This document shows positions 1 to 11,573 of a stretch of DNA of 64,000 nt, one piece after another. The translations under genes and the position numbers were made by a program. This DNA comes from Anolis carolinensis (taxonomy: Eukaryota): positions 231,958,107 to 232,022,106 of the forward strand of contig NC_085844.1 in the NCBI RefSeq assembly GCF_035594765.1, written 5' to 3'. The first letter of the stretch is position 1; each line of letters begins with the position of its first letter. The notes beneath the pieces were generated by a model, which had not been told where the DNA came from, searched no databases, and was given only the letters and a program-made list of their open reading frames with translations.

Positions 1-3000
1 TCTTTCATCTCTGTATATTGTATCTATTATTTCTCTATCTTGCTCTTTGCTTGGTAAGTGCCTATATTCTCTCCTTGCATTCAGCATAAAAGTGCTATCA
101 TCTAATGATACCCTACCTCATTAAAGTTGTTCATGATGCAAAAGGGACTGTGATAGGCGCCGTCTTCTACCATAAATGGTTATGGAAAAGCAGAGCCACT
201 GAACGTGTGGAAATAGCATGATCCATCTCGAATAACCGTTAAAATTGGGCATGGCGGAAAACAACAACGGTGCACCACCAGAAACTTTTTACTGGGAAAA
301 AAACAGGCCCATAGCCCCAGGTGGCAAATATGAGAAGCAATAAGGTTTTTAAGAAGCTTTTGGTTCTTCCTGTATCACTCTCAAAAGACTAATTTAATTG
401 AAAAACCTGTTGTGCCTAGCTTTGTGTATGTAGAAAAGAAAAGGCCCAATTTTCCTCCAGGATTTGTATACTGGCTTACAAAAATAGTTATTTTTAAAAA
501 TAATTTCTCAGTTCTTGTCCCTTCCCCAATGCACTCTTAAATATCCAGCATATGATGCAGCTGAGCTTAACTTGTAAAGAAATTTTCTTGTATATTGCTA
601 CAAGAAAATGCTATTAGATATTCCCTAAGCGTCACTCCTACTTACAGTATTTGGCCTCTTTTTTATAAGATTCCTGTACAGTTTGCCTTGGAAAGGAAAC
701 ATCATGCTGTTTGTAATTTTAATGAAAATAATTATATCCGTCAAAATCCACTGTGTGATTTCGGGCTCTTAGTATAAATGTGTTTAGAAAGGAAAAAAGG
801 AACAAACACTCTGGATTGAATCAAAGGCATTTGAATGTAGAGGTTAATAGCTTGTGTGTATATCTCTGGTCTTTCTTTCCCCTTTTCATACCATTTAGAT
901 GGAAAACTTCTTCTATTCAATAAGAAAACAAAAAAATGGGGTATAGAATGAGGTAGTGAATGAGGAACACTTCATACCATATTGTTCAATAGGGCATATT
1001 TGTGATTTTATCGTTACAGAGATGATAATTTCATTTCATTGCAGAATGTGAGTTAGTATGGAACCTGTTAAAGGAGTTCAATCTAGAGTATGAAAGAGAA
1101 TAGCCAATAGAGATGTGAGGCATTTTTGGACATTCAGAATAGGGAATTGGGAGGAGGATATACATTTTGCAAGTAAAATAACAAAGGTAAATAATTTCAC
1201 CAGAAAAAGAACAGTATTTTTATCAATAAAATCAATTCGTTGAAAAGAATGAAGCAACCTACAAATGCATCTCTCAGCGCTTGTGGTTTCACCATTGCCA
1301 AGGGTTTAACATCGTTATATACTTTTCTAAGCAGGTGAGATAGATATGTGACTTTATTTTGTCTTCAAAGATGACCAAATTAATAGTGTAGACTCAGAAA
1401 AATAAATCCCAATGAGTTCAAAAAGCCTTACTACAGGGTTAGCAGGTGTAGGAAAACAGCTAAAAACACTGAAATATTTAACCCAATTAACCATGTAATG
1501 GAAACTCAAGTAATTTGTTGTGCCTTTGATATTCATTAACAGAATGTTATTATTTGGTGCAGTTTTTCCTGCTTTTATTTCATCATGGAAATCTAGGTGG
1601 GATACAAAGAGTTCTGCCCCATCCAGGCACAGATAATTGGAAAAACTGCTTAGCACAATAAATTGGCAGCATCATATGTCTTCAAATTGGAAGTTCTTTT
1701 TAGCATCAGTGCTCTCAAAACCAGATTGGCATGTGATTGATCAGAAGCACCGGGCTTCCATATGTTCATGGCTGTAAATATGCAATTAAGTGTGCTATAA
1801 TGTTTTTTTATGTTTGAAATTTGCTTTTTAACATCTGAAATGGACAATTTTAGTAATTTCAGTAGGGTAGAAATGTTTACTGAAAACTGTTTTGCCATTT
1901 TGGTGGTTTGCTTCCTTTTGTTGCTTGAGCGCCATTTGTTCTTCCAATTGTTCTTTTTGTTATAGAAGGGTTATACATTGTTGACAAATCACATACATTA
2001 CTCAGAAAAGCCCAAATGCAGTAATTTGCATGTCCAGATAAAAAGACCAGATAGGTGATGCGAGAAGGCCCTGCCACTACCTTGGAGACATCCAAAATTA
2101 TACAAGCCTAGATGGATACATACAGTCTGATCTGATATAAAACAATATTTTGATGTTGCTGAGATGAAGTATGTAAAATGACATATCACTACACTCAGTT
2201 TAGTGGCAGATCCACCACTATAGGCATGGCAAATTAATTCTGGATTTTTCTACCATTCACACCGGAGCTGCTCTGAGTTGAACAGAATCACTGCTGGTGC
2301 TGAATTAGGGTCCTGTGGCAACAGAGTTCCCATTCAGCTCATAGTAGCTGCAATGGGAGCAGCAATAAAATCTGGTGTGAGTTCACAAAACAGACAGACT
2401 GCCTAAATGGCATGATAACAGCATCGAACACAACTAAGGCTGAATATGTTGTATCTGAGGTTTTCTTTCCCCTAAAAAGATTCCTGGTATGAAAAATCAT
2501 TAACAAGGAGAAACATCTTTTCATCACTCTCAGTAACAGTTGTGGAAAACTATGGGGCTTTGGCTCAGCCCTTAAGTTTCCAGCATCTACCCAGACAAGT
2601 AGAGCATTCTCCAGAAATGACTTCACAGGGGCGAACTGTGGAAGGTGCTTAGCAAGGGAAACAAAATTGAGTGTTATCCAATATCAGGGGACAAATAACA
2701 GTTCATTCACATAGTATGCTTTTCCCATCTGTAGATGCTCAACTTCCCACAATTGTACTAATTTGCTCAATGACACCAAATCTGGTTGCATGGGAATTCC
2801 AAACACCAGAGTCCTATGGGAATTCTCTCATGATGGGAGAAAAAACCCACAATCAAGTGAAATTATAATGCTGTGTTGCCATTGCAGGAACATTATGACA
2901 ATGTTGCCATGAGATAGCACAGCAAAAATGTTAATGGAAACAGAGGAGATTCAGTTTCTAATTCTAGAAGCATGACATTGTCTGGTCAATATGTCACAGC

Positions 3001-3164
3001 TTTGTGTTTTTGTTGGTTTCTGCCCATGCCAGAAAGAGAATGGAGGACTGGCAAGACTGGAATAGGAAAAATTTAATACCTATAAATACCTCTGAGATAA
3101 TTAGAATGAGAAATGTTTCAATTAGAAGCTTGCTATTATCAACTCATAGAGTTCAGCTTTACAT

Positions 3165-3670
3165 TTGTTCTTAGTTGACATCAAGTCAACTTTGACTTAT
3201 GGAGACCCTATGAATGAGCAACCTCTATTTCTTTGATAATCAACTGACCTTCCCAAGTCATACAAAGTCAGGACCATATCTTTCTTTATTGAATCAATGC
3301 ACCCGTAATATGGGTTTCCTATGACCTCCACTGCCACTCACTTTGTTGTCTTTTCCAGAAGTCATGCCATGTCATCATGTGTCCAGATACAACATTCTCA
3401 TTTTAATAATTTTGGCATGTGGTGAACATTTAGACCAGATTTCTTCTAGGGCCCTTAATTTTTTTTACCAGTCCACAGTATATTTGAATGCAATTTTCCT
3501 GCTTCTTGGCAGGGGGTTGAACTGGATGGCCCAAGAGATCTTTTCCAACTCTATGATTCTATGATTCTATCTGTAGAGCTCTTTTCCAGGACTACATTTC
3601 TAATGTCTTTTCTTCCTATCAGCTTTCTTCACTGTCCAGCTTTGACATCCACATGTAGAAATCAGATATG
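3165..3670 (-). mobile_element. RTE-clade LINE 3' fragment, degenerate, interrupted by a CR1 tail
   Basis: Minus-strand translation gives RTE ORF C-terminal remnants GCQSWTVKKADRKK (~3610-3655) and GNPYYGCIDSIK (cf. GRPxxRWIDSIKE, ~3283-3320), followed by an RTE-type 3' tail near 3165-3215. Confidence 0.7.
3484..3570 (+). mobile_element. CR1 LINE 3' UTR fragment inserted into the RTE copy
   Basis: TTCCTGCTTCTTGGCAGGGGGTTGAACTGGATGGCCCA...TTCCAACTCTATGATTCTATGATTCTAT closely matches the 3' end of the CR1 at 40320-40416, including the octamer tail. Confidence 0.9.
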
Positions 3671-4254
3671 TTACGTCTTGGATGGTGCTAATTTTTATTT
3701 AATTATATATCTTTACAGTAGTTTGGACTATATTAGTGGTGCTGTGGCAAATAGAGAAAGGATGAGGAGAAATAGGGGAGAAAGAAGTAGGAAGAATAAA
3801 AAAGAGGCAAAGAGCAGAAACTAAGCAAACAGGCAATTAAATATATGATCATATGTAGGGTGTGTTCCATTTTGAAGCTTGAGATTAAAAGTGTTTTTGA
3901 GTGTGGAAAAGTTTATAGTATAATTAGTACGGTGATTTATCCTGACCTGAAAAGCTGCTATCTCATCTGTGGCATGTTTCTAGGTAATGTTCCTCATCAA
4001 CCATTTATGTTCAGGTCTTTTCTTCTCAGCAGAATTATTAGATGCTCTTGTTCTGTCCTTTAAAGACTACAGATATGACTTTTCTTCAGCACTACGTGCA
4101 CATGGTGGTGAACGTGTTTTGACTCACATCTCTGGAATATGTTCTGTGTGATCATGTGGGAAACATCACTAACATGGTAATGGGGCTTGGTTATTGCTGG
4201 TTAAAGGAAGTTTTCCCCCTTCCTTACTTGCACTAATAAATACAGTCTGTCTCA

Positions 4255-4404
4255 GACTCTTTCTACACAGCTGAATAAAATCCCAAATTTTCTGTTTTGA
4301 ACTGGAATATATGGCAGTGTGGACTCAGATAACCCAGTTCAAAGCAGATATTGTGGGTTTTTCTGCCTTGATATTTTGGATTATATGGCTGCGTGGAAGG
4401 GCCC
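4255..4404 (-). mobile_element. Palindromic MITE, PIF/Harbinger-like
   Basis: Imperfect TIRs (GACTCTTTCTACACAGC...GCTGCGTGGAAGGGCCC) flanked by TCA/TCA (4252-4254, 4405-4407); inverted copy of 4752-4890. Confidence 0.75.
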
Positions 4405-4751
4405 TCATAGCTAATTTTGGGTATGTCATGTATGTTAGGGGTCTGTTTTATAGTGCTTTAATCATGCTTCATTGGCTTTCCTTTGGCTATACGAGCTTTC
4501 TTGCTCTGTTTATCCCATGCAAGTGTACCTACTATGCAATTTAGTTGTAGCATGCTTCAAATGGCAAAATGTCAGTAAATATTTTGAAAACTGGAAAGAT
4601 GCCATAATGATGTGGTTAATATGTCAGTGGGACTATGAAACATTTCAGGTTCTGGCTGGTTTTAAAAGAGCTATCAAAGGTGCTAAAAGAACGAACAGCA
4701 CTTTGGATAGCTCCTTCGAAATGTGGATTAAAACCTGGGTTTACCAACTAA

Positions 4752-4890
4752 GGGCCCTTCCACACAGCCATATAACCCAGAATATCAAGGCAGATAATCC
4801 ATAATATCTGCTTTGGACTGGGTTATATGAGTCCACACTGCCATATGATCCAGTTCAATGTGAATTTTATATAGCTGTGTGGAAGGGGCC
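4752..4890 (+). mobile_element. Palindromic MITE, PIF/Harbinger-like
   Basis: TIRs GGGCCCTTCCACACAGC / GCTGTGTGGAAGGGGCC with TAA/TTA flanks (TWA target typical of Harbinger). Confidence 0.8.
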
Positions 4891-5327
4891 TTAGTGGTTG
4901 CAGAGCCATTGGCTTCCAATGATTCTGATATCCTGCATATGGAACACTTTACGTGTTCCATAAAGATGTACCGGTAATCCTTCACTATGTTTCTTCTCAA
5001 GGGAAGCAATAAGTACTTTTAACACTTTTTTTCCACTGCAAGAAAACCTTTAAAAATTATGCAGTTTTAAAAAGCTATTCACAATTCAGGACTATATCTG
5101 CACAAAATTCACTTGTTGTTGCTTTGTGCAGAAAACATCACTTTCTGCATGGGAAGATTTTCAACACAGAAATATTATTTACTGCTCAGAAAAAAGCCAA
5201 ATTTCTCTAAAAACAGAAACGGCTGTTTTCAGTTAAAATCACCTGCATACAATTTTTGTGCAGAACAGGTATCCAGGATGCACACAGGCAGTTATGAATG
5301 CATAACCACCACAATTATCTGCTTACC

Positions 5328-5476
5328 TCAAACATCTACACTGTCATAAAATGCAGTTTCAAAATGCAGTTTAACTACATTGAAGTTTGTTTTAGGGCAG
5401 TGTTTACTCATATATGAAATTCAATACAGTTAAACTGCATTATGAAACGGCATTATATGGCAGTGAAGATGGGCCC
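5328..5476. mobile_element. Degenerate Harbinger-like palindromic MITE
   Basis: CATCTACACTGTCATAAAATGCAGTTT...AAACTGCATTAT...ATGGCAGTGAAGATG forms an imperfect inverted repeat. Confidence 0.55.
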
Positions 5477-6781
5477 CCTTCACCCCTATCTCCACTCCAA
5501 TATGACTGACAAACATCTGATTCATATTTCTCTCCTCTTCCATGAGGAATCTCAAGTGTGGTAACCAAAACCAAAGTCACTCTCACCATTGCTTGTGTGA
5601 AGACAGTCCAAGTGTCAGTCAGTTGTAGCATCCTTCAAACTGCAAGCCACAGTAAATATTCTGAAAACTGGTCAGCAGTGAACAGACCCCCTTAATCCCA
5701 GTAGCGGCTGCCTGATAAGAAAAGATTGGGGAACTTTTATGTTCCCTACATATATCCTAATCTAGGGAATGCATAGGAATTGTGAAAACAAATTTATCAC
5801 AAATGCATAAGACTTTTATAATTGCCTTAGTGAATTCCAGGCAGCATTTTATGCACAGCAAATATATTTTTCCATGCAGGAAATAATATTTTTGTGCAGA
5901 AATATAATCTCATGTGCAGAACAAAATTCTGTTTTCTGTGCAAAATAACACATGGATTTTGCACAGAATTAGTTATGAACTACAAAAGATTCTCACCAGT
6001 CCACAGTTCTTGTCATCAGATTTTCTCAGTATTTGAAAAAAATGTTCTTCAATAATTTTTCAAATATTCTTTTCATCCCTATCATTCAGCAATGGGGTGT
6101 GTGTGTTTGTGTCTGTCTGTGGTGGGAAGTACCAAATAAAATCAAAGTGAATAATTCTTTAGTATTGCAAATAAAAACTGCACTTGGCAGATTTTCCCTT
6201 AAAGCCCCTCTTAATACGTATTGTCAAAATGTCTAAAGATGTCTCGTACTCATAAGCATTTAATTATTTGTGACACTCAAACTAATATTCAGAGCTGCGA
6301 GGAAAAAAAATAATGGTATTAAATATTTTCTCTTGTCAAAAGGTAACAAAACATTGCCTGCACGGCAAACTCTTCATTATTTTTATGTAGTTTATTTCTG
6401 GCATCTTTTTAGTAGTGATGAGACTGAATGAGGTTTCTGACATCCCCATCATATTCTTGATATTTTATGCACTCTTTCATTTTTATTCCTTGGTTGATTG
6501 ATTGATTTTGTACCATTTTACTGTTAAATAGTTATGCTCTGCCTTGCTTTATGAAAACGAATAGCAAAGGCACAAATAGAACTTCTCCTTTCAACTTGGT
6601 TGTCGTGATAGTGAAAGCAGCCCAATGTTCTTTTAAAACATCAAGTCAAGGATAACAGACATTTCATGTGTCTCCTGTGAGCTGCTGAAGCTCCATGTAA
6701 ATAGATGAATACAATATTGCAATTTTTTCCAGAAATGCAGACAAGGAGGAGGTTTGGTATCTCTCTCTCTCTCAGTTGGTT

Positions 6782-7026
6782 CAGCTTGAGTATCCCTTAT
6801 CCAAAATGGTTGGGTCCAGAATAAATTTGGATGATGATGTTGGTGATGATGATGGATTTTGGAATACCAGTAATTGCATATATTTTCATAATGAAATAAC
6901 TAAAAGTTGAAACCCAAGTTTAGTTACAAAAATAATGTATGGTTCATGTATATCTATAGCCTGGAAGTATTTTGTACACAATATTTTAGTAATTATGTGC
7001 ATGAAACAAAGTTTGTATACATTGTG
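6782..7026 (-). mobile_element. Tigger4/MER46-like non-autonomous pogo element, truncated
   Basis: Begins with TIR-like CAGCTTGAGTATCCCTTATCCAAAATG; body is the reverse complement of the element at 47873-48203. Confidence 0.7.
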
Positions 7027-8583
7027 CACAAGAAGAGGGCTCGAAATATCACAGAATTAATTTGTTCCCCAAAAAAGAAAGAAAAAGCTTTCTTTAAGTG
7101 GGAGGTACCGGGGCTTGAACATGCCTTGGAATGTCAACCTTTCACTTTGTTTTGCTATGTTTGTATATTATTTATTTGTAAAATTAGATGTATATCTGCC
7201 TTTCTTCTAGTGAAGTCAAGATGATCTATAGGTCCCTCCTTTTCCCCATTTTATTCCAAACACTGAATAAAGCAGCTCACAGTGCTCTTAAAAGTCATTT
7301 TGGAGGCTAGGAGATCCTCTGTAGAAGCTTTGGTATTTTCATGAATACTCCGGTCTTGACGCAATTATTTTTGAAATGCAGTTTTTAACATTTGTTAACA
7401 TTTGTTTTATTTTAAGTTACACTTTTAGTTTTAAAATACAAAAAGTGCTGAAAATCCTCCAAAATGATTTTGGAACACTGATGTTTTTATTGTATGGTTT
7501 TAGTTGTTAGGCCCTCATTACCTGAAAAGCAACATGTTACATTTAATGGCATTTGATGACCAACCATGAAATAATGAGCCAGACACAGAGATTGGGTTTT
7601 AAACAAGGGCCAATTTATCTGACCTAGAAACCTATTTAATTCTTCTAACATGTTCTTTCTAAGCTCTCAAGAGGAGCTTTAGGCAGACAGGGAAGGCAGG
7701 AATTTCTGAAAGCACATAGTAATGTTTAAAGTACAGAACAAATTCTTTGGAACACATCTTAGCTTTTTAAAAGTGTCTTGATAACATTTCAGCAACAAGG
7801 GTGCCTGTCAAGCAAAGGGACTAGATTCTTTCAAAATCTCTGGAGTGGACTATCTGAAATGGGCAGCCATAGTTTTCTCTGTGAAGCTGTGATACCATGG
7901 CATAATGCTTCTCCATTTTCAAATGAGCTACTGTTTTGGAAATGCAAAACATTCTGCAGGATTAATATGTGTGCTAAACATTACAGGAACCCCCTAGTAT
8001 CTTTCTGAATTGGAGCCTCAGATCTGAATTTTGTGACTTTAACTTCAGTCTCTAATTATATCTAAAGAATATCTGAAATGCACGGCAGGCTGAAAAGCAT
8101 CTTGGGGAAATTTTTTAGCAGGGATAAATAATTTAGTTTGACAGAATCAGATGAGAAGGAACAACTTGAAAACTGAGTTCCATTTAGTGTGTTATCAGTT
8201 TGAGACTCTGCCGACAAGAACATGTGGGGTGAGGCGGGTTAATATTCAATTGGCCACCCTCACCCTCCCCAAATTGGAACATATTAGGGTGGCTGTGTTG
8301 TGCCTGTATGTGTGTTTTGTCAAGCTGTCATGTTAATTGATAGAACAGTTTGTGTTAATTGGTAGAACATTTTGTATTAAACATATGCAAACATTTTGAG
8401 GTTGCATAGATTTAAATTAATTAAGTTAGATACCTGTGCAACAATTTTTTTAGTTCCTCTGGCAAAAGTACAAGCCTAATGTGTATCCGGTGAATTTTGT
8501 GACACTTGCCAGGGTCATTTTGGATTGGTCTGGGCCTTCTAAAAACATATCTGGATTAGATAGCATTGCAGAGCTCTTCAGAG

Positions 8584-8584
8584 T

Positions 8585-8625
<41 letters not shown>

Positions 8626-8635
8626 ACTGCTGTTG
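8584..8635. repeat. (GTT)n microsatellite
   Basis: Direct reading; about 14 perfect units followed by degenerate units. Confidence 0.95.
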
Positions 8636-10890
8636 TTTACTGGGACAGAAAAGGGCCAGTCTCTGTGCAGACATGGTGATGTTTGGAAATAGCAGTAATC
8701 ATTGTTATTATATTATAATATTATTTTAATTTATATTTCATATCTGGCTATAAAAACTGGGACACATTACTGCAGGTAGTATGGATGCATTAGTGATCTG
8801 TGGAGCTCAAGGTTGATGCAAAGTTATCTTAACATTAAGACTGAACACAATGATGTTTGCATATGTGTGTGTATGAAAGCAGATATTTGAAACTTGGAAT
8901 GACTGAATATATTGATCAATTTGCTGATGAATGTGTTCAGTTTCAGCTTAGAAAATAAAATGCTAATTGTATTGCATAATGAGTGTTTCGAAAATAAATC
9001 AGCAAAACCAAAGGTCTGGCCGAGCTTCTTAGAGTAATTTGAAAGGATCCTACAGAATTATAAAGACTCTAATAAATACCGGTTTAAGGAATTTTGAAGA
9101 CTCATATAAATACATTAACTGTTTAAAACATTGCAGTCTTATATGCGTGTCTACTCAGTGTACTCACTGGGGCTTATATGCTATGGTAAATGGATGGAAG
9201 ATTGCAGCTTAAATATTGTAATTAATAGGGAAGTGATAAAATTATCACTGCATGTTACATTTCTACTGTCCATTGACTCACCAGCTGAGTGGTAGTGCTA
9301 TGCACTCACTTAAAATCCACTGATGAAATGGGGCTGGTTTACTTGAAGTTAGAAATTCGATTTTGACCCGTGAGAGTTTTTTCTTCTTCTGTATATGAGT
9401 TTAATTCAAGAAAATCACATAGGCTAAAGTGTATACTGATATTGTTTTGCCACAGTTCTACAGAAAAATAGAAAACATAGTTCTAGGTCTCTGAAAATTC
9501 CTTTATTGATGTTAAAGAGGAATTGTGTGCTAATAACCTTTAGCAAATCTCCAAAAGGAAGGCATTCTAGGGTTATTGAAATAACAAGATAGGAGATCAT
9601 CACCCAGAGCATGCTTATAAGACCATGTAGTTCAAAAAATATTTCATATGGGTAGGGTTGTCCTATTGCCCAATTGGCAGGTTTTATCTGAGTACTAGGC
9701 ATGCCAATACAGTGCTACATTAGACTGTTTGCTGGCCCAGATTCCAAGCATTGTATTTTTTAGAAGCAATAACAACAACAACAACAACAAATCTTTAGCC
9801 TTGTAGAAGCAGAGATAACAACCAAAATGTGTAGATACTATTCTGTACTATACTTTTATGAGATATAAGCCTTCCACTGCTTTTCTGCATGTTTTACCAA
9901 TTGACAGAAGTCTCAAAGCTATGGCTATGATTTTTCATAGATTTATCATTCCAGTTCTCTCCCAATTCACTGAGTAATTGTTGCAGTTTTGGGAATGAAC
10001 CTGGTTTTTAAGGAAACATCTAACTGAAGCCTGCTTTTCAAGTCTTGAAAAAATTGCACAGAAGCACTGGAGTCATTGGAATGACTGTGGTACAAGAATG
10101 TAACACAGCAGAGTAGAAACTGCTAATCCTAAAATACAATTATTAATATTTGTGTTACGCCGGAATGTATTGTTTTGGCTGAGTTGCTTTTTCTTGACAT
10201 ATTTGCTTGACATGTTTGCTTGCACATTTCCTTTATACAGTGCATTTTTAAGGAATTTCCAGGGGGAAAAACCTAATTTTTGTTACTAAGGGTAGCTTCA
10301 CTTCTCCCACTGTCTGATATGGGAGAAAAAAAACAGTCCTCCCAATTATTGCCACTTTGTCTCCACTTTTCTCCTTCTGTCCATTGCCTCTGCTTATTTT
10401 TACTTTTCTTATCTCTCTCTCTCTCCTTTCTGCTGCTCCATCTCTGCTGAACACGTTAAATTAAGGTAGCATGTTTGGTATGGATGTAAAGAAGGCATTT
10501 TCAATGTAACTACTTCCAAAAGGCAGTGAAACTGTTTCCGTTGCCCTTTTGCCTTTCAGGCAAGACATGTATTTTATTCAGGCAGGTTTTTGGGAATGGG
10601 CTGGCTACAGAGGAAGTGGATTCAAACTGATAGGTGCTCCATATTTCTTTTTCAACGTCTTCATTGCTGCTTTCCAGTTTTATAATTCTGTAATTGCTCT
10701 TTAAATATAAGTCATGTACAAACACGCATATTTATTTACAGTGAATGCCCCCAGGTCCTGAGATTTTCAGGTTCAAAGGTGGAATTGATGAATCTAAAAC
10801 ACCATAAATCAATAAAATAGACCAATAGATAGAACAAGAAGAAAAGCCATGATTCAGTGGCAGTAGTTGTTGCAGCTACTGGTAGTTGTG

Positions 10891-11151
10891 ATGCCTCATG
10901 GGCCCTGTAGTCCTGTTCCTAGTACTATTGTGGCAGATGAAGATGAAAACATGGGGTTTTCGCCGGTTCAACAAGAGCCGGAGTCTCTTCACCTGCCGGA
11001 TGTTGATGTTTGCTCTCAAGAATTCAGTAAAACAGGCCTTGGGCAGAACTCCCCTCCATTTCCCAGGAAAGAATCTTATTCTAGAGACAGAGGAGTTAGA
11101 GAGGCCCAACGGAGGAGTTTACGGATCGCTGCCAAACAACAGGCTGATTAG
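10891..11151 (+). CDS. Putative LTR(U3)-encoded 86-aa peptide, or C-terminal tail of a retroelement ORF, with an RRSLRIAAK motif (outer copy)
   Basis: Open from the first LTR base to a TAG shared with the inner copy; no indels; 14 synonymous-only versus 11 amino-acid-changing codons between copies (manual alignment). No expression evidence. Confidence 0.6.
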   Translation: MPHGPCSPVPSTIVADEDENMGFSPVQQEPESLHLPDVDVCSQEFSKTGLGQNSPPFPRKESYSRDRGVREAQRRSLRIAAKQQAD

Positions 11152-11188
11152 GCCTGCTTCCCTTGGGAAATTCTAAGGAGTCTTTGTG

Positions 11189-11449
11189 ATGACTCATGGG
11201 CCTTGTAGTCCTGTTCCTAGTACTATTGTGGCAGACGAAGAGGAAAACATGGGGTTTTCGCCGGTTCAGCAAGAGCCGGAGTCTCTTCACCTGCAGGATG
11301 TTGATGTTTGCCCTCAAGAACTCAGCCAAACAGGCCTTGGGCAGAACTCCCCTCCGTTTCCCAGGAGGGAAAATTATTCTAAAGACAGGGGAGTCAGGGA
11401 GGCTAATCGGAGAAGCCTGAGAATTGCTGCCAAACAAATGGCTGATTAG
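11189..11449 (+). CDS. Putative LTR(U3)-encoded 86-aa peptide with an RRSLRIAAK motif (inner copy)
   Basis: Same length, frame and stop as the outer copy; internal ATG at 11249 in strong Kozak context (AACATGG). Confidence 0.6.
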   Translation: MTHGPCSPVPSTIVADEEENMGFSPVQQEPESLHLQDVDVCPQELSQTGLGQNSPPFPRRENYSKDRGVREANRRSLRIAAKQMAD

Positions 11450-11534
11450 GTCTGCTTCCCTTGGGAAATTCTAAGGAGTCATGCATCTGGACAGAGTTGG
11501 GTTTCGCTTCTCGTTCTCTTGGGAAAGAGTTCTG

Positions 11535-11573
11535 TTGGCGGGAAAACGAGACCCAATATAGGTGTTTGGCGCG
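11535..11573 (+). promoter_or_regulatory. Putative LTR core promoter: E2F-type site, CCAAT/TATA-like box, E2F-type site
   Basis: TTGGCGGGAAAA (11535-11546), CCCAATATAGG, TTTGGCGCG (11565-11573). The first site and the box are conserved in the outer LTR (12107-12118 onward). Confidence 0.45.

Noticed and set aside
8481-8729. Poly-Cys ORF and other low-complexity ORFs (poly-Met/Ile at 28299-28616, SFFL repeats at 42992-43216)
   Set aside because: These are translations of microsatellites.
10876-11437. Alternative-frame and antisense ORFs overlapping the LTR peptide (10898-11176, 11196-11420, 10876-11109, 11096-11437)
   Set aside because: Their starts, stops and lengths are not preserved between the two copies, and the changes that are silent in the main frame alter residues in these frames.
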